Shown: positions 30,201 through 45,200 of the stretch, piece by piece
Layout of the letters: the number at the start of each line of letters is the position of its first letter
Position numbering within the stretch: position 1 is the stretch's first letter
NCBI GenBank assembly: GCA_965203295.1
Contig: CBDBCZ010000018.1
Location: 640,001 to 704,000 of the forward strand
Length of the DNA: 64,000 nt
From: Nitrospirales bacterium
Lineage (GTDB): Bacteria > Nitrospirota > Nitrospiria > Nitrospirales > UBA8639
Direction: 5' to 3'
The notes under the pieces: generated by a model
Database searches by the model: none
Seen by the model: the letters and a program-made list of their open reading frames with translations, nothing else
Told to the model about the DNA's origin: nothing
Program-made: the position numbers and the translations under genes

Positions 30201-33200
30201 AATTGTCAATTGTGTAAAAGCCTGTTTGACATGTCATCATTGACTGCTAACTCACTGCCATACTTTATCTTGTACGTAAATCTTTTCCCCCTATCAGAAT
30301 GGTGCCACTCCTCTGGTTGTAGCTGCGGAGAAAGGCCACACTGAAGTTGCTGAAAAGCTTCTCAAAGCTGGTGCTAATGCAAAACTTCAGTTACAGGTAC
30401 CATGCAGAATTTATTTAAGACCTCTGTGTTTTTGGGGGGGGGGGGATTTTTTTGCTGTTGTTTTTCTGCTTACTAGGTTCGTAACTTTAGTATTTACCCT
30501 AATGCATTTGCATGATTTTTACAATGAAGTATTTGTGCAATATAATCATTTCTGTTTGGGGGTCTGTGATATTATATAATCTGACAGGCGTAACTTGGTA
30601 ACCATACCCTATCGGTAACAGTACATTGGTAGTATAATCACAGAAACACTTTCTTTAGGGTGGAGAGACTGCACTATTTTATGCCTCGTGGAAAGGTCAT
30701 GACCAAATTGTGCAGTTGCTTCTGGAAGCTCATTCTGATGTGAACAAGCAAACTAAGGTGGAGTCAGTAGAACCATTTCAAGTTAATGTAAAGTGTATAA
30801 TACAGCTATATGTAATAAGCTACCTTTGTTTCGATCACCTATACGCATTTGCATGCATCAAGAAATAAGAAATAGATAGTAGAACTTCAATAATTTGGAA
30901 ATCTTAGTTTAGATTAAGTTTTTGCCAAATTTTTTTGTAATGTAATCGTAAAAGTTCACGTATAGCATCGATATAGCTATATTACATGCTGTGTAACAAG
31001 ACTTTTCTAACATAGTTTTGATGGCTGCATCTTCTAATATGGCTATGGTACTAGTACTGGGGAGACAGGAATTTGCTTCAACAAGGCACATGTCTACAAG
31101 CAGATCAATAGTGCTCATGTATTGGTGGAGACCATTTTGTCAGAGAGAGTTTGTGACGCTACTCAGCGTGAGCACAGTTTAGCACTTTAGTCGTGATGAG
31201 ACACTCGTGAAGCTTGTGAATCTTCCCTTAGAATGGGTCAACTGCACTCTCTATTGCTGCTGAGAAAGGCCACACCAAGGTCGTTGAGCTTGTTCTCAAA
31301 GCTGGTGCGAACACAAAACTTCAATACAAGGTAGGAGTTCATAAGAATGAGCCCATAAGTTGCAATGTTCTACCGGAGACATTTATCTCTTCTTAGGGTG
31401 GAGAGACGGCACTGCACTATGCATCTTCAATTGGACATAAACAAATCGCCCAGTTGCTGATTGAGGCTGATGCTACATGTGTGAACCAGCAGAAAATGGT
31501 AGGTTTTACTGCTATTTCTGTTCTTTCTGTTCTTTCAAATACCTTTGATCCTATGCATGGACAATTCTGGCCTTGCCATTGTACAGGATGGTGTTACTCC
31601 GCTGCTTGTTGCCTCGGCTAAAGGCAACCAGCAGGTGGTGGAAGTTTTAGTTCATAAAGGTGCTGAGATCAATCTTCAGGACAAGGTAGTGTGAAACAAT
31701 AATTTTACACAATACTAGCATAACAGAAAATAGAAGCAGCAGAAATCTCAATCACTAAGATTTTGCACATGCAACCAGTACTTTATTCATTTCAAACCAC
31801 GTGCTCTGCTTAAGAATTATGCCTTTTGATTTGAAGAAGCTCTCCTACTTGTGTACAAAAGTAGTCAAACTATGTTTTGTATGGTCATGGCCCACTACTC
31901 TGTACCACCCTAAAAGCAATATTTGAATCTGTTTATTTTTTTTACTTCAATTTTCAGTTCCTTTTTCTTTTGCCTTTTATTTCTCATTGAAAATTGTCGT
32001 AATTTATTAAAAAGTGATAAATGAATCTGTGCTGAACTCTCTAAGCCTTGTTCCTCACTAAACATATGTTTGTGCATACCACTCTGAATACTCCCTCAAA
32101 TTTAACTGTAGCTTGGAGTTCCAGGTGAAAAAGCCTTCACAGCTCTACTGAATACCTACCTCATTCCCAAGCTCCTCCATTCCAGTAGCTTTCTCTTCAC
32201 ATCTTGTATAAGTTGCCTAGCCTATTACATAGTGTAAAATAGTGGCTACAGCCTAGCAATGTGATTATAACTGGATGTATTAGTAATCTATGCACATGCC
32301 TGTGAGTGCATGCTTAATAATTCCTAATAATAAAATTATTATATTAAATTAGTTACATACATTATGTCATGCACATGTATTTATACACATAACCATAGAA
32401 TGGGTGGACTCCCCTCATCTGTGCTGCCAAGGAAGGCTATAAAGATGTTGTTAAAATTTTACTGGTGGCAGGAGCTAACCCAGACATTCAAGACAAGGTG
32501 GGATGCTTCTGCTTTGTAGACTGTACACTTGGCAAACACGTTCATGATACTTAGTGTCATGTACGATTAAAAATTTATAGAAGGCTACTAGTACGTACCA
32601 TGCAACTGCATGCAGTAATACATGTGTTGTAGCTAGCAAACATATTTTTGTTGCCCTTAGCAGTATATCCCAAGGAAAACTTCTGGGCAGATGTCTACAT
32701 TAGCTCAGAATATAGTTTTTGTACCCTAAACACTCCTCTAATCTATAGCAGTGAAAACAGGGTAGCTTGAAATAGATTGTACTGAAGTACCAGCTTCGTT
32801 AACCAAATATTTGTTTTTATATTTGACACTTTCTACGACTGTATGTTTGGCAGTCCTGTGTAGAATCGAATATTTCCGTCGTATAATTATTTTGATCAAA
32901 GTTCTGACTTTGAAACATGAATGTACATTATGCTGTGTAAATGCGTAAGTAGTTGCTACGTTTACAGTGCATTTGAATTCCGTCCTTAACGGACGTTCAG
33001 AGATATTGTGTTTTAAATGCAGAGATGTGATCGAAATACACGATGGAATAATATTCCATTTCTACATTGGACTGCCACAATTGTATTAATGTCTGCTATC
33101 CTCATTTGCTAACTTGTATACAGCCTGCTAATGACTCTTTTTCTATATATCTCTATAGGAGAACGAGACTGCCATTATGAAGGCAGCTAGATGTGGCTAT

Positions 33201-36200
33201 ACTGGGGTCGTCTCTCTACTGCTGCATTATGGTGCAAATACTAAACTTACAAATATGGTGTGTTAAATATGCATATTCTTAGAAATTTTGTGTGCGTAAT
33301 TCCTGATTTTCTGAGGTCTGTAATGTTCTTTTTGTGAGCCTCTATGGTGAAAATGCAGTACCTTGTTGGTATGGTAACATTTACTAGTAAAGTACAGTGC
33401 TCCAGGCCTAGAGAGTGCGTTAATGCTACTGCACGCATTAATTTAACCATGCCACTGAATCCTCTCTCACTCCACTTGCAAATTCTGATAACTCATAACC
33501 TGGAATGAATTAATGTTACAGCCATAGCTGATCTGAATTTTGTATGACTGATTGATGATGCTTAGTGACTCTTATCTAAACTGTGTGTTTTCATTATATA
33601 GGATGGGTCTTCAGCTCTTTTTATTGCTTCTCAGCATGACCACATGCAAATGGTTAAACTCCTACTTCACAAATGTTCTGATGTTGGCCTCCAGGTAAAT
33701 GTACAGAAACAGAGTTTTTAGCGTCTGGATACCCCTCTTCCTTCCGTAATAAATTCCTACCTGCATTTTGTGTAACAATATTTTTAGCATGTAGTTGGTC
33801 CAAAAATGAGGATAGAAAAAAGCTCCCCTTCTTTAGGGAAAGCCTTGGAACGAAGCTAACACTAAACTGGTACTGCCTTTTAAATTATCGTATAGATCAT
33901 ACCTTGCTTTAGGAATATATACAACTACACTCAGTGTTCAAATTTCATGCATTCCTACAAACCCCATAATGGAACCAATGCTTTTCATTGCATTTATAGA
34001 ATCAAGAAGGTATACAAGAAAACCTTGAAGTTGACCAAAGCTCTACAGGTATGTAAAAATGCAGTGTATATTGGATGCTGCACATCATTATTCATAGAAA
34101 ATGTGTGCAATTCTTGACTCCTGTGTGCAATTCTTGACTGTGCACATTGACGACATGGGACAGAGTGAATGAGCTAGGAGTGTCTGGATGGTTGGGCATG
34201 CAGTAAATTGCCTCATTCATGAAACTTAAGTTTCTGATACACATAGCTAGTGAGCAAAATTAGCTCACAATACTACTTACCTTAGCTGGGTTGCTGTAAG
34301 TTGTATTGGCTGTCAGTCCTTTACTCTTGCTACAGCTGCTATGACAGTTTTTACCAACTGTAATTGGTATTTCATAACTGGAAAGCCTGCATGTATGTTG
34401 ATGCTAGTTATCCAGTTCCTATATCATGACCGTTTGAGCCTTTATCGCGCTCTGTATCAGCAACTATTGCATGTTACAAAGCCAGATATTATTGTTCAAT
34501 TAAGAGTGTCTGCTGTTATAGCTATTACCATTTATGTATTTATTTTTATCTTATTTGTGATTGTACATAAGTGAGCCAATTTGTTTATATGTCCAGGTGT
34601 CCAAGCAATCGCCACTCCAGATTCAGAAGCTAGTGCAGCATATGAAATAATAACATGTGCATTAGTACTTCGCAATAACTGGAGCTATTTGTACAAACAT
34701 CTGGACACAAGTCTTATCTTGCAACCCTTACTTAACGGTGGCATCATCACTGAGGATTTACGAAAGCAAGTGCAGTCATATGTACAAAAGTGTGCTCAGA
34801 ATGTGGTTCTTATGAAGAGTTTTTTGAGAAATAGAGTTGCAGCTCGAGCACTAAATATTCTGATAGCATCAACTGGAGAGAAACATATTGGACAGAAATT
34901 AACTGAAGGTAAACTTGTGTATTTGTTATGTACTCCAAAGCATTTCAAAGGTTTTCCATAGTTAAGTTTTACCTATCCAGTATTGGCTACTGCAGATACA
35001 CACTAGCTACATGCAGTTACCCTATAATTGTTATAAGCTGAAGATGAAATATAGCAATTGTAGAGCTTACAAACCTCTTACTTCTGTATCCACTTAAGGT
35101 TGTGTAGAAACTGATGAGGAGCTCGCCACAGGAATGATGTTAGTGTAGAACCCTTAATGTAGCAAGATCATATGAGAGCTGCTTCTTCACAGCCACTAAT
35201 TATGATTAGTGCACAAACCCCGTTAGCCTCTTGTTCCTTAATAGTCTACATGATACCTATTCCCATCTGTACTATTATTATGCAACCTTCTGGTAACTAC
35301 CTGGCCTTTTGGAAACTTTGGCCTAGAATAAGAATGTATTTATTGTATTGTTGAAGTTTACGGTGAGCCTGTAATAATAAGGAAACATAAAGCTTTCAGC
35401 TGCTGGCATTACTGTATTCAGAATCTAATAAAATTACAGATGTAGCTTAACCATTATTTCTGGTTTCCATTTACCTTCGATTGGACAATGGGGGCTGCTA
35501 AACTTTGTGGTGAATTGGAACCTCCACTAGTGGCCAGTTTAGTACAGAATGCATGGGAAGAAAGTGCTGTATACAAATGTTGTCTTCTGCAGATTGTAAG
35601 GAGCAACAAAGTCTCCTGTTGAGTGGTCAGCGATCCCAGCCTACACCTATCTTTATAACCCACTCCTCCGACTTCTCTGACCTCTCAGAACTTTTTCTTC
35701 GGGCTCTCAGGAATATTTTTGGAGCATTTGAGCAAGAGTCATACCCACTGAATAAGCTGAAGTCAGTTCTCTCTTCACTTGTCTTACCACTAGGTGATTG
35801 CAAGGTAGTTGCACTTGTCGAGCCTAGTGCTTATGCTGATGCTCATACTATTCAAGATTTTGCCAGGCTTATGGCTCCGTACTGGAACTGTGTTAGTACA
35901 GACTTACTCCAGCTCCTTGTTGAAGAGTCAGGCTGCACCCTAGCCATGACCAAACTAAAGGAGTTCATTTCCACTAGGAAAATGAGCGCTGACTTAGTGC
36001 TTGCCGCTCAGCCCTTCACAACCAAGTCTAATCCAGATGGTTCAGGCTTGTCTCCTGGGCACACATCAAGTCACTCCTCATCTCTACAAGAGCTTCAGTC
36101 TCAGCAACCAGCAGTCTTTGCAAAGCTTCCTGAGCATCGTGCAAGTGCGTTCCAAAATGCTGTCCAAGTTTCAGTTGAAATAGCTAAAGCCACGCTTCAT

Positions 36201-39200
36201 GTCACAGACTATGATTGCATAACCCTAGCTGTGAGTGCATTCTTTGACTTGCCATGTGCTGCTCTAGTCTACTGTGGGTGCTCACAGAGCCCACTTGTAG
36301 TGTGCTGGGAGATCTCTAGGGAGCTGTTGGCTTATATCCGGCCAGTCTATCCTAGTCAGAGCAGCCACACTTTACTTGCGGAGCAAGGGATTACTGGGCT
36401 TGCTGTGTCAGATGAGATCAAGTACAGGTGTCCAAGCATCAAGGTGAATACACTGCACTGCAAGATGTAAGTATTAATAAGTACTTGTGTTAAAACAGCA
36501 CTTTGATCAGGAAAGGTATCACACTTCAGTTTCTGATATTCATAACCCTCCTAAGAGGTGAAATGTTTTTGACTACACGGATAGGTATTGTGGGCCTGGA
36601 GGTTACTCCACATTCCATGTTCCAATATTAAGCACATTGCATAGGGTTAGGTTTAGTAGATTAGAGTGACAAAATTAATATCTATTCTTTACCCATTGGC
36701 GAAGTGCTGGCAACTTATACATGTGACCAATCCCTGAAGGTTAGCTATGAGTTTTGAGTCACTTGAGCTCAGCAACAGTAACATGGACTGCACACAAACA
36801 GTATGTTTTGGAATGTGACAAGTGGCAAGGGCCATTGGAAGAAGGAGTGAGGGCCGAGATTAAGAGTAATGTTGGAACGAGAATAGAGGTATTAGAATAT
36901 GTAAAGTGACCTCCACGTCTGCTGTAGCTGAGGGCGTGGGTTCACAGCCATGTACAATTGCCACTGTTTCTTGATGTACTCAATGTTCTATGCGTCTCAA
37001 TGATTTCATAGGAAGTGAGATTGATGGAAGCCTCTTTCTATGGTCTGGTTGACAAGATTCCGGACCTTCTGACTTGTGCAAATGTGGATGTGTTGAGGCT
37101 TGTAAGTATTGTGTATATCTTTATGAAATGTGAGCAAATAGTGTGTTACTAACGTTCATACACTGAAATCCACAAGGGCGGCTGGAGGTTAAATAGAATG
37201 AGCTACATTCAATGCACCTCCCAATTTGGATGCAACACTCAGTGACAGCAATACTAGGTAAAATGAAAAGTTATTACTTTCAAGACCAATTATGCAATTG
37301 TATGTATACATTAAAACAGTAGATACACTGTGCTATTGCTTTCCGTAACTCCTCACAGTAGCGCATCAGATCAGTTGTTGAAGGTCAGCCATTGTTGAAC
37401 TTTAAAAAGTGCTACAAACTCCGATTTGGAAACATTCCTCCCTATGAGATAAAGTGCATAATTATAATTATGTACGTAGCACAGTGGATGATGGGCAATA
37501 AAACATTACCGTGTTCATTTACTTTCTGGTATAGGTGTTGTACATGCTACATACATTTTACTCAGAGCGAATACAGTTGCATAAGCATTATAGTTGTGTG
37601 TAGTGCTAGGCGGTATTGCGATATCGCAATAATATTGCAACATTGACATAATGTGATATCTAATATTGTAGTTGCGATGTGCATGCATAAGCGAACACCT
37701 GTTCTGACAGAAAAGAAAAAAACGTCGAGGGCAACCAAAAAAGATTTGAGATAGATAAAGATGCTGTCAAAAGGGGTGCTTCTGCAGATTGTCTGGTGAG
37801 CAAGCCAGTGTCTGCCTGTATGCCAAATCTGTCATGTACGCATACAATTAAAGCATGCTGACACCAGCAACTTCTACTTTTGTGTGCAAAAGCACCACCT
37901 AAGCAATTCAGCTTAATCATATTGTAGAGAAGGAAAGGCTTTGTTGATTACAGCCAGTTTGTTACCCTACCACAAAGCTTGCTTGTGAGCTTACAAAAGC
38001 TATTATTTATTATCTAGCTAAAGATTTGTGTTTGCATACTCAGTTGAGCTATCCAGGCTTTGTTGTATGGTCAGCAAATAAAACCCACAGTATGAGGCAC
38101 AAATTATTTCATTAATATCATAATCAAATTATTTCATTAATTTTTTATTAAAATTCTGAGTGAGAGCTAGAAAAACAGGCAGCTGTTGAGTTCTCCGGCA
38201 CCGCTGATCTATGGACCTCTGGAACATTAGCACAGAGCTACTGTCTATGTCTTTCTGAGGACCATACAGGAGAGAATATCACTCTTTGAGGTGCTCAGTT
38301 ACTGGAACCTCAATGCAACAAAGTTCTGTTTCAAATGCAAAGCTTGCATGTGCACTTCTCCATGCACTTGAAGTGGTTATGCTCTTTTAGGCATCCCTTA
38401 GACTTTGCAGTGTAGAAAGCTTTTGATGACTGTACTTACATGTAGAGTCCCCAGGGTTTGTGAAGTTGACCAGCAGGTCATACTAGCTACATTCTCTCAG
38501 AGTTGAATGGACCTTGCAAATGCTCAACATTGGATAAAGCTACTACTCCAAAGCTGGTTGTGTGCCGCGTTGGAGGTAATCACTTACCATGCTTGAGAGG
38601 AAAACTGAATTCAGTAATAGCCACTCTTGTTCACGTGAAGGAACGTATGACACTCTTTCAGCTGAAAAGAGCAACACCATGATTTTTAGCTGTCTGTCTT
38701 TTTCATTGAGATAATAGAAAATGATTCCAACTCAGCTCTGTCCAGCCTATTTACCTAGCCAAAAATGTTTTTCTTTGGCAGAGTCAACACCCCCTCCCCC
38801 CAAAAGAGAAAAAGAGTTGATTCTCAGGATGTCTGAGGGGCAATGTGATACAACTTCACTCTCCACTTCTGAACAAGTAGCAAAGGAAATGGGCACATAC
38901 TTTCATCATCAAATACTTGATATCAAGTCCCCTCCTCTTGAATCGTGGAAAGCAGGAAAAGCAATTTCCAACAGCTACTTGGCAGGCTTGCTCACAATTA
39001 TTTGTGTATCTGCACAATTAGTGTCCCCTGAGAGGGAGCTTTTTGTGCTATGTGGAACATTGTCACGAGCTCGTTAAAACCAAACTAAGTTGACCATCTT
39101 GTGTATTTAGCTACAAATTAAAAGTAATTGTTTTTATATGTACATAATTTTGTAAGTTGTAACATTTTAGTAATTGACATTAATTTTAGCTATGTAATGT

Positions 39201-42200
39201 TTGTTTGCTATCTACAAGTCGTCAAGTTTTTGAAATTGCCATGGAAACAAATTAGTACTTTTCAACGGGTAATTTCAGTAACTACATTTTAATATTTTTA
39301 TTAAGATGTGGCATTACTGTTGCCTGTATATCATGACAGTATATTATTGCATTTTCAGCACTATTTGTGTCAAAAATGGTGTCTACAATAACAGTTGCTC
39401 TACTGCAGTGTCTGTACAACACTATTATTAGTCTGACTGCCTCTTTATGATCAGTTGACTTTTAGAGTTAGCTAATTAGGAAACGTGCTTCGCTGGCTCT
39501 GTGAATTTTGGTTAAGCACCAGGCTAACAAAGTGAATAAATGACCCACTGCTTGGTGTCTAGAAGAGCATTACTGAAGTTGTGACCCTTGATACACTTCT
39601 TTAGTGATGATTCACGCAATATAACCAGGCTTTGTTTCACCCAGACATTCTAGACACCCGTGTATTTGATTCATTATTTGAGACTTATGTGCTTGGTCAC
39701 ACTCTTTGTCTATGAGTGTAATCATGTACTAAGGCCTTGTTTACAAATTCCTGTGCTACATATTCAAAGGTGATCCAAAGATATTGTTCAGTGGCATATT
39801 TTTGTTGACACACATCACTCTGAAATAGGTATGATTAATTTTCATAATATATAACTGTGTACAAAAGTTAACGGTGCATGCGATCAACAATCTGTTAATT
39901 ATTTCTATATGCTTTTATCACAGGGAAGTGTCACATCACTTTATGCTGCCTCTCAGAATGGCCACAGTCAGGTTGCGAACTGTTGCTCAGCAAAGGAGCT
40001 GATGTCAATATCCCGATTCAGGTACGGTATCTCTATGTTATAAACTCAGTATAAACTAAAGAGTACATACTTGTAAACTACACCTCCTAAATTTCAACCT
40101 CACCCCCTACCATTTAACTAGCAAGCCACTTACTATTCACACACTGCTGTATACATGTCTAGGGCATAGGCTATTCAGAAACCACGGCCGCAATACTTTT
40201 TGAGATATACCTTACGATGCTAATGCTAGTCTGCCTGCATGTTGATATTGCTCTTGACTTTGTAAGTTTGTGAACACTCTTCACTGGCTCTTGTCAACCA
40301 TGGGGCTAACAGAGGTAGATCATATCCCTGTTGATAGTGTCTAGAAGAGCATTCATGAAGTAGCGACCATCGATATATTTTTTTGCAGCTGATGACATAA
40401 TCTAATTGCATTTGCTCATTTATTCCATTAGTAAATTCATGTTATTACTCTGAAGTCTATAACCTAACCATTTATTGTGTCCTGATATTGTGGTCAATTG
40501 CCCTTTGATTTGTAAGTAAATTTTCTATTCAGAGACTGTTCTGAGATTTACTTATGCTCTTGGTTTATGTATGAGTTTGTAAACATAAAGTTAGGCCTGA
40601 GAGGGATGTCATATGATCATATGATCATTAACTGTTTACTAGTTTGTGTCATGCATATTCAAAGCTAATACAAAAATTCTTATGATTGCCAAATTGATAT
40701 TTTTGTCATGACCAGTAAAAGTAAAGGAGTGTGAAGTTTATGTTCTGATGATTATGTCTGTATGCTTTCATCATGGAATGGTACCACACCACTGTTCATT
40801 GCCCTGAGAAAGGCCACAGTCAAGTTGCTGAACTACTGCTCAGCAAAGGTTAACCTCCCAACCTCCCAAGAAAGGTGCAGTATGTTGCCCTCAGTAGATG
40901 TATTTTAGGTGAAAGCTGTTAGGCTGGTGCCGTGGTGTCTTAAGTAGCTCATGTCAAAAGGGAATCTAAGTTGTACACAGTGCATTCAGTGATCTTACCT
41001 ACGTGTTGATGTTCCTCATGACTGTGAGAGTGTGTCAACCATGGGGCTAACAGAGCTCTGTACGGTTTCTGAAGGAGAAAGTTGATGGTACACCTCTTTA
41101 CTGATGATTGCAATGTGAAAATTTGAGTTCGTGTTCATTTGAAATCGACGAGTTTGATATTGTCTCTTAATTTTTTACTTTGTGAACTTTTGTCATAAGT
41201 GGAATTGTGCTGCAGTAACATTGAAGGTGCTTGCGATGTACGTTCTAATGTTTATGCTTTCATCACAGGATGGTGCCACACCACTGCACAGTGCTTCTTA
41301 CAATGGCCACTGTCAAGTTGCTGAACTACTCCTCAGCAAAGGAGCTGATGTCAACCTCCCAGTGCAGGTATATATAGTGTTTTCAAGAGCAAGACATTTG
41401 CTGGTGTAGGAATAGAAAAGCTTTTAACCGATACAAAGGAAACTGTTTGAAGGCTTGTTTGAGGAATTTCAAAGGTAATCATTTCTAGAACATTTCCCTT
41501 TGCTTTATAAGTAAATTCTCCTATTCACAGGCGTATGTAGGACCTCTTTGTTATTATAGAATGACACAATTTCATTTCGATGCTTCGATTATTAAACTAT
41601 ATGTTACGACAAATCATACTTAAATGCATGTGATCCCCCCATGAATCTGATAATTTGTAGGTGAAAGGAAATGTTCTATGCCGCATGTAGGACTTCTTCG
41701 TTATTATGGAATGGCACAATTTCATTTCGATGCTTCGATTATTAAACTATATGTTACCACAAATCATACTTAAATGCATGTGATCCCCCACGAATCGTAA
41801 CATGGTTGTTACTTTGTGAACTTTTGTCATAAGTGGAATTGATCTGCAGTAACATTAAAGGTGCTTGCGATGTACGTTCTAATCTTTATGCTTTCATCAC
41901 AGGGTGGTTTCACACCACTGCACATTGCCTCTCAGGAGGGCCACAGTCAAGTTGCTGAACTACTACTCAGCAAAGGAGCTAATGTCAACCTCCCAAAACA
42001 GGTATAGTATTTTTCAAAAGCAAGACAATTGCTGTAGTAGGAAAAGATAAGTTTTAGGCTACCTTTTTAGGGCTGCCTAAAAATATTATCATAATTATAA
42101 GCAATGTCTGAAGGGCCATGTTCTGCCGGTTTGCCTATGTTATCGAGCTTAATGCACGTGAAGCATAAAGTGTGAAAAATACTTTGAAAGCTGTTGTATG

Positions 42201-45200
42201 TGAAAACTGTTAATACAATATTATCTCGGTTACTATATGGCTGTAGCATTTTGTTGAACTAAAAGTGCATGCAAAAAGTTAGCAGTCTTTCCTGTGAAGT
42301 AAAGTGTATACATTCAGTGATGCTAGCACAGTCAGCATCAACGTGCGGGTAGGCTAGTAATGGCATCATACAGACACAGCAGAATGGCGAATTTCATTGT
42401 ACCCAACACTTTCCACACGGAGTATCTCATGCAACTGAGTTTGCCTTGCGGTGATTGGCATGTATGGAGTAATACAACTGCACTTCCAGTACAAGTAGTA
42501 GTTATTCTCACTGCCACATAAGCGGGACTTTCAAAGAATCTATGTGTCTGCGTTTGGTGGTGGTTACCGTGCCAGACTGACCGGAATTACCCCGTGACTG
42601 GAAATACCCCGTGTTACCTTAGCTATATAAGTGATTGGGTGTCTGAACGGTGGAGTTGTGCGGACACGCAGCAAATTTACCTCATTCTCTGGGCCTTTCT
42701 GTTTTCCTTTGTTATGGATTATGGGCTACTTTTGTTCACTTACTATGAATAATAGCATAGGCAGAAAAGCCTTGGAAATGAGGTTTATCACATCCGGACA
42801 ACCCCTATCGTCCGGATGTCCCCTCACTTACTCTATTGGAGGCAGGCAGCTATTCTTATTTGTGACACTAGAAAATACAATACATACAATGTATGTACAT
42901 AGAGATTATTTGCAATTCAATATGGAGTACGGTACTAGCTACTCCTTAGTAATTTACCACCTCCCAAAAAAACGCCCCAAAACAAGTTACAGAAAAAGCA
43001 CTCTGTCAAAAAGTGCAAAAACAAGTCATGTAGGGATGCATTTACACCGAAAAACACTTCCCCAAAAACCAATGAAACAAGCGACAATGCACACCACAAT
43101 GCATGCACGGAGTACCCACTCATCACACATTCCCAAGCACAAACCAAGCAGAGCAATTCCTCACAACATCAACCAACATGCAACACACTCAACAAAGTTG
43201 ACAACACTCAATCTACACTTTACCAAAATAAACACACCCACACAGACCTCTCCTACAAGAACCTGCGCACACAAACATTCACAACACTCTCACAAAACGT
43301 CATCACACTCAACAACCAAACACAACCAAAGTCCCTATACAAACATGACTCCACCCTCAATGAATCACTAGTCCAACATGTACACCATGAAAACTTTCAG
43401 CTACCTTCCACAACCTCCAACAGACTCAGTCATTAGCAATACACACACACCAAATTACACCTCCACTATTCACATCTCACATATACACAATTGTGGTGGG
43501 TGTGGTTGGAAAGATGTTGGGATGGTAGCTACGCGGTAAGTGCATTGCGCTGTGATGTGTGGATACTCTGTGCATGCATTGTGGTGTGCATTGTCGCTTG
43601 TTTCATTGGTTTTTGGGGAAGTGTATTATATTATCCGATCAAAGGTAGGTATTAAATAGACGAACACGTGAAGTCTGCGGTTTCTAAAACCCGGAACAGA
43701 ACAGAACAGTAGTCATTAAATGGCGTAAAATGGCAAGCGTCACCTCGAGAGTACTCGTGAATCACTGCTGAACCTGTTTGGTTTCCTTGAAAACGTTAAG
43801 CTACGAGTGCAATACTCCAGGGAATATCTAGCTTGTTCGCGCTTGAATCATTGTGATAGCTTCAGCCAATATGGTGCTAGCCTGGCTGAAGAAAAAAAGT
43901 AGAATCAGTCCATTAGGCCCCGCCCCCCAGTGTGTCGACTTGCCAGTCTGGTACTCCAGCAAAGGTTTCTAGCACCGCTAACAGTGTTGTAGCTGATGAT
44001 AACACTCGAGATGTCATGGTATGGCTCATAAAAGCCTAGGTCTATAAACAGAGCCGAGTTTTGAACGTATGATTTTGTACGCGTTATATGGGGCCGCCAT
44101 TTTTTCCCCGTGCCATCCCTACCTATGGAGTACTACCGTACTTCATGATTATTATTATCAATATCATGAAAAATGTCTACAGCTCTGAAGTTTGATGTTT
44201 ATGTTTATTTTTTATTACAGAATGGTTTAACACCACTGTATGTTGCTTCTCAGAATGGCCACAGTCAGGTTGCTGAACTATTGCTTAGCAAAGGAGCTGA
44301 TATCAACCTCCCAGAGCAGGTACATGTGTGTTTTAGTCCAACAAGTCCATCTACACAACGCCCACTTGCTGTGGCTTGCCCTACAAACCTCCAAATGTTG
44401 CTAGCACACTATAATTATACTGCTATGCAGGATGTAATGATTATTAGGAATTTATTTTCATATTTGTTTGAGTTTTCCTAATGCTCATGGAATTATTACT
44501 ATTTTAACTTGAGACTTTTTTGTTGCATAGATAATATCCTTTGATACTACTCGAGTGTATATAAAGAAGTAGATTTGTTAAACAAGTAAACGCAGTAAAG
44601 CTTAATTCGACACTTTTGTCATATACCTCCAAGCAGCTGTACATTTCCAAAACAGGATTATCATGGCTACCTACCAATTTTTTACCATCTAAGCTAAACT
44701 TGGCTATACAAACCTCCAAAACCTGCTAGCACACAGTATACTGCCATGTATGACCTTATTATTTTGTCTACTTAATAAGTGTGGAGGTACAGATGGACGG
44801 ATAAATCAAGTCGTAAAGCAATCTTAGTATTAGCCACATTATATTTGTGCCGTGTTTGTCTGACTTTGTATGGTGCCTGGAGTAAAGTTGGTACCATTGC
44901 TACGAATCATAGTGTGACTGTAAACTTGGGTCATACGTGGAATCGATCTGCAGAAAAGGTGCTTGCGATGTAAGTTCTAATATTTATGCTTTCATCACAG
45001 AATGGTGCGACACCACTGTGCATTGCCTCTGAGAAAGGCCACAGTCACATTGCTGAACTACTACTCAGCAATGGAGCTGATGTCAACCTCCCAAGACAGG
45101 TATAGTATTTTCAAGAGCAACACTTTTGCTGTAGTAGGAAAGGTAAAGTTCTAAGCTGCTTCTTTCAGGTTTATGGATACCAAATAAACCGCTTGAAGGC

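Noticed and set aside
35099..35138. Possible extra small exon in the kinase gene (CVETDEELATGM)
   Set aside because: The available GT gives 40 nt, which breaks the frame, and 34908 joins 35593 in phase without it.
42631..43371. 246-aa ORF
   Set aside because: It is a low-complexity product of a CA-rich strand-biased repeat inside an intron, with no recognisable motifs.
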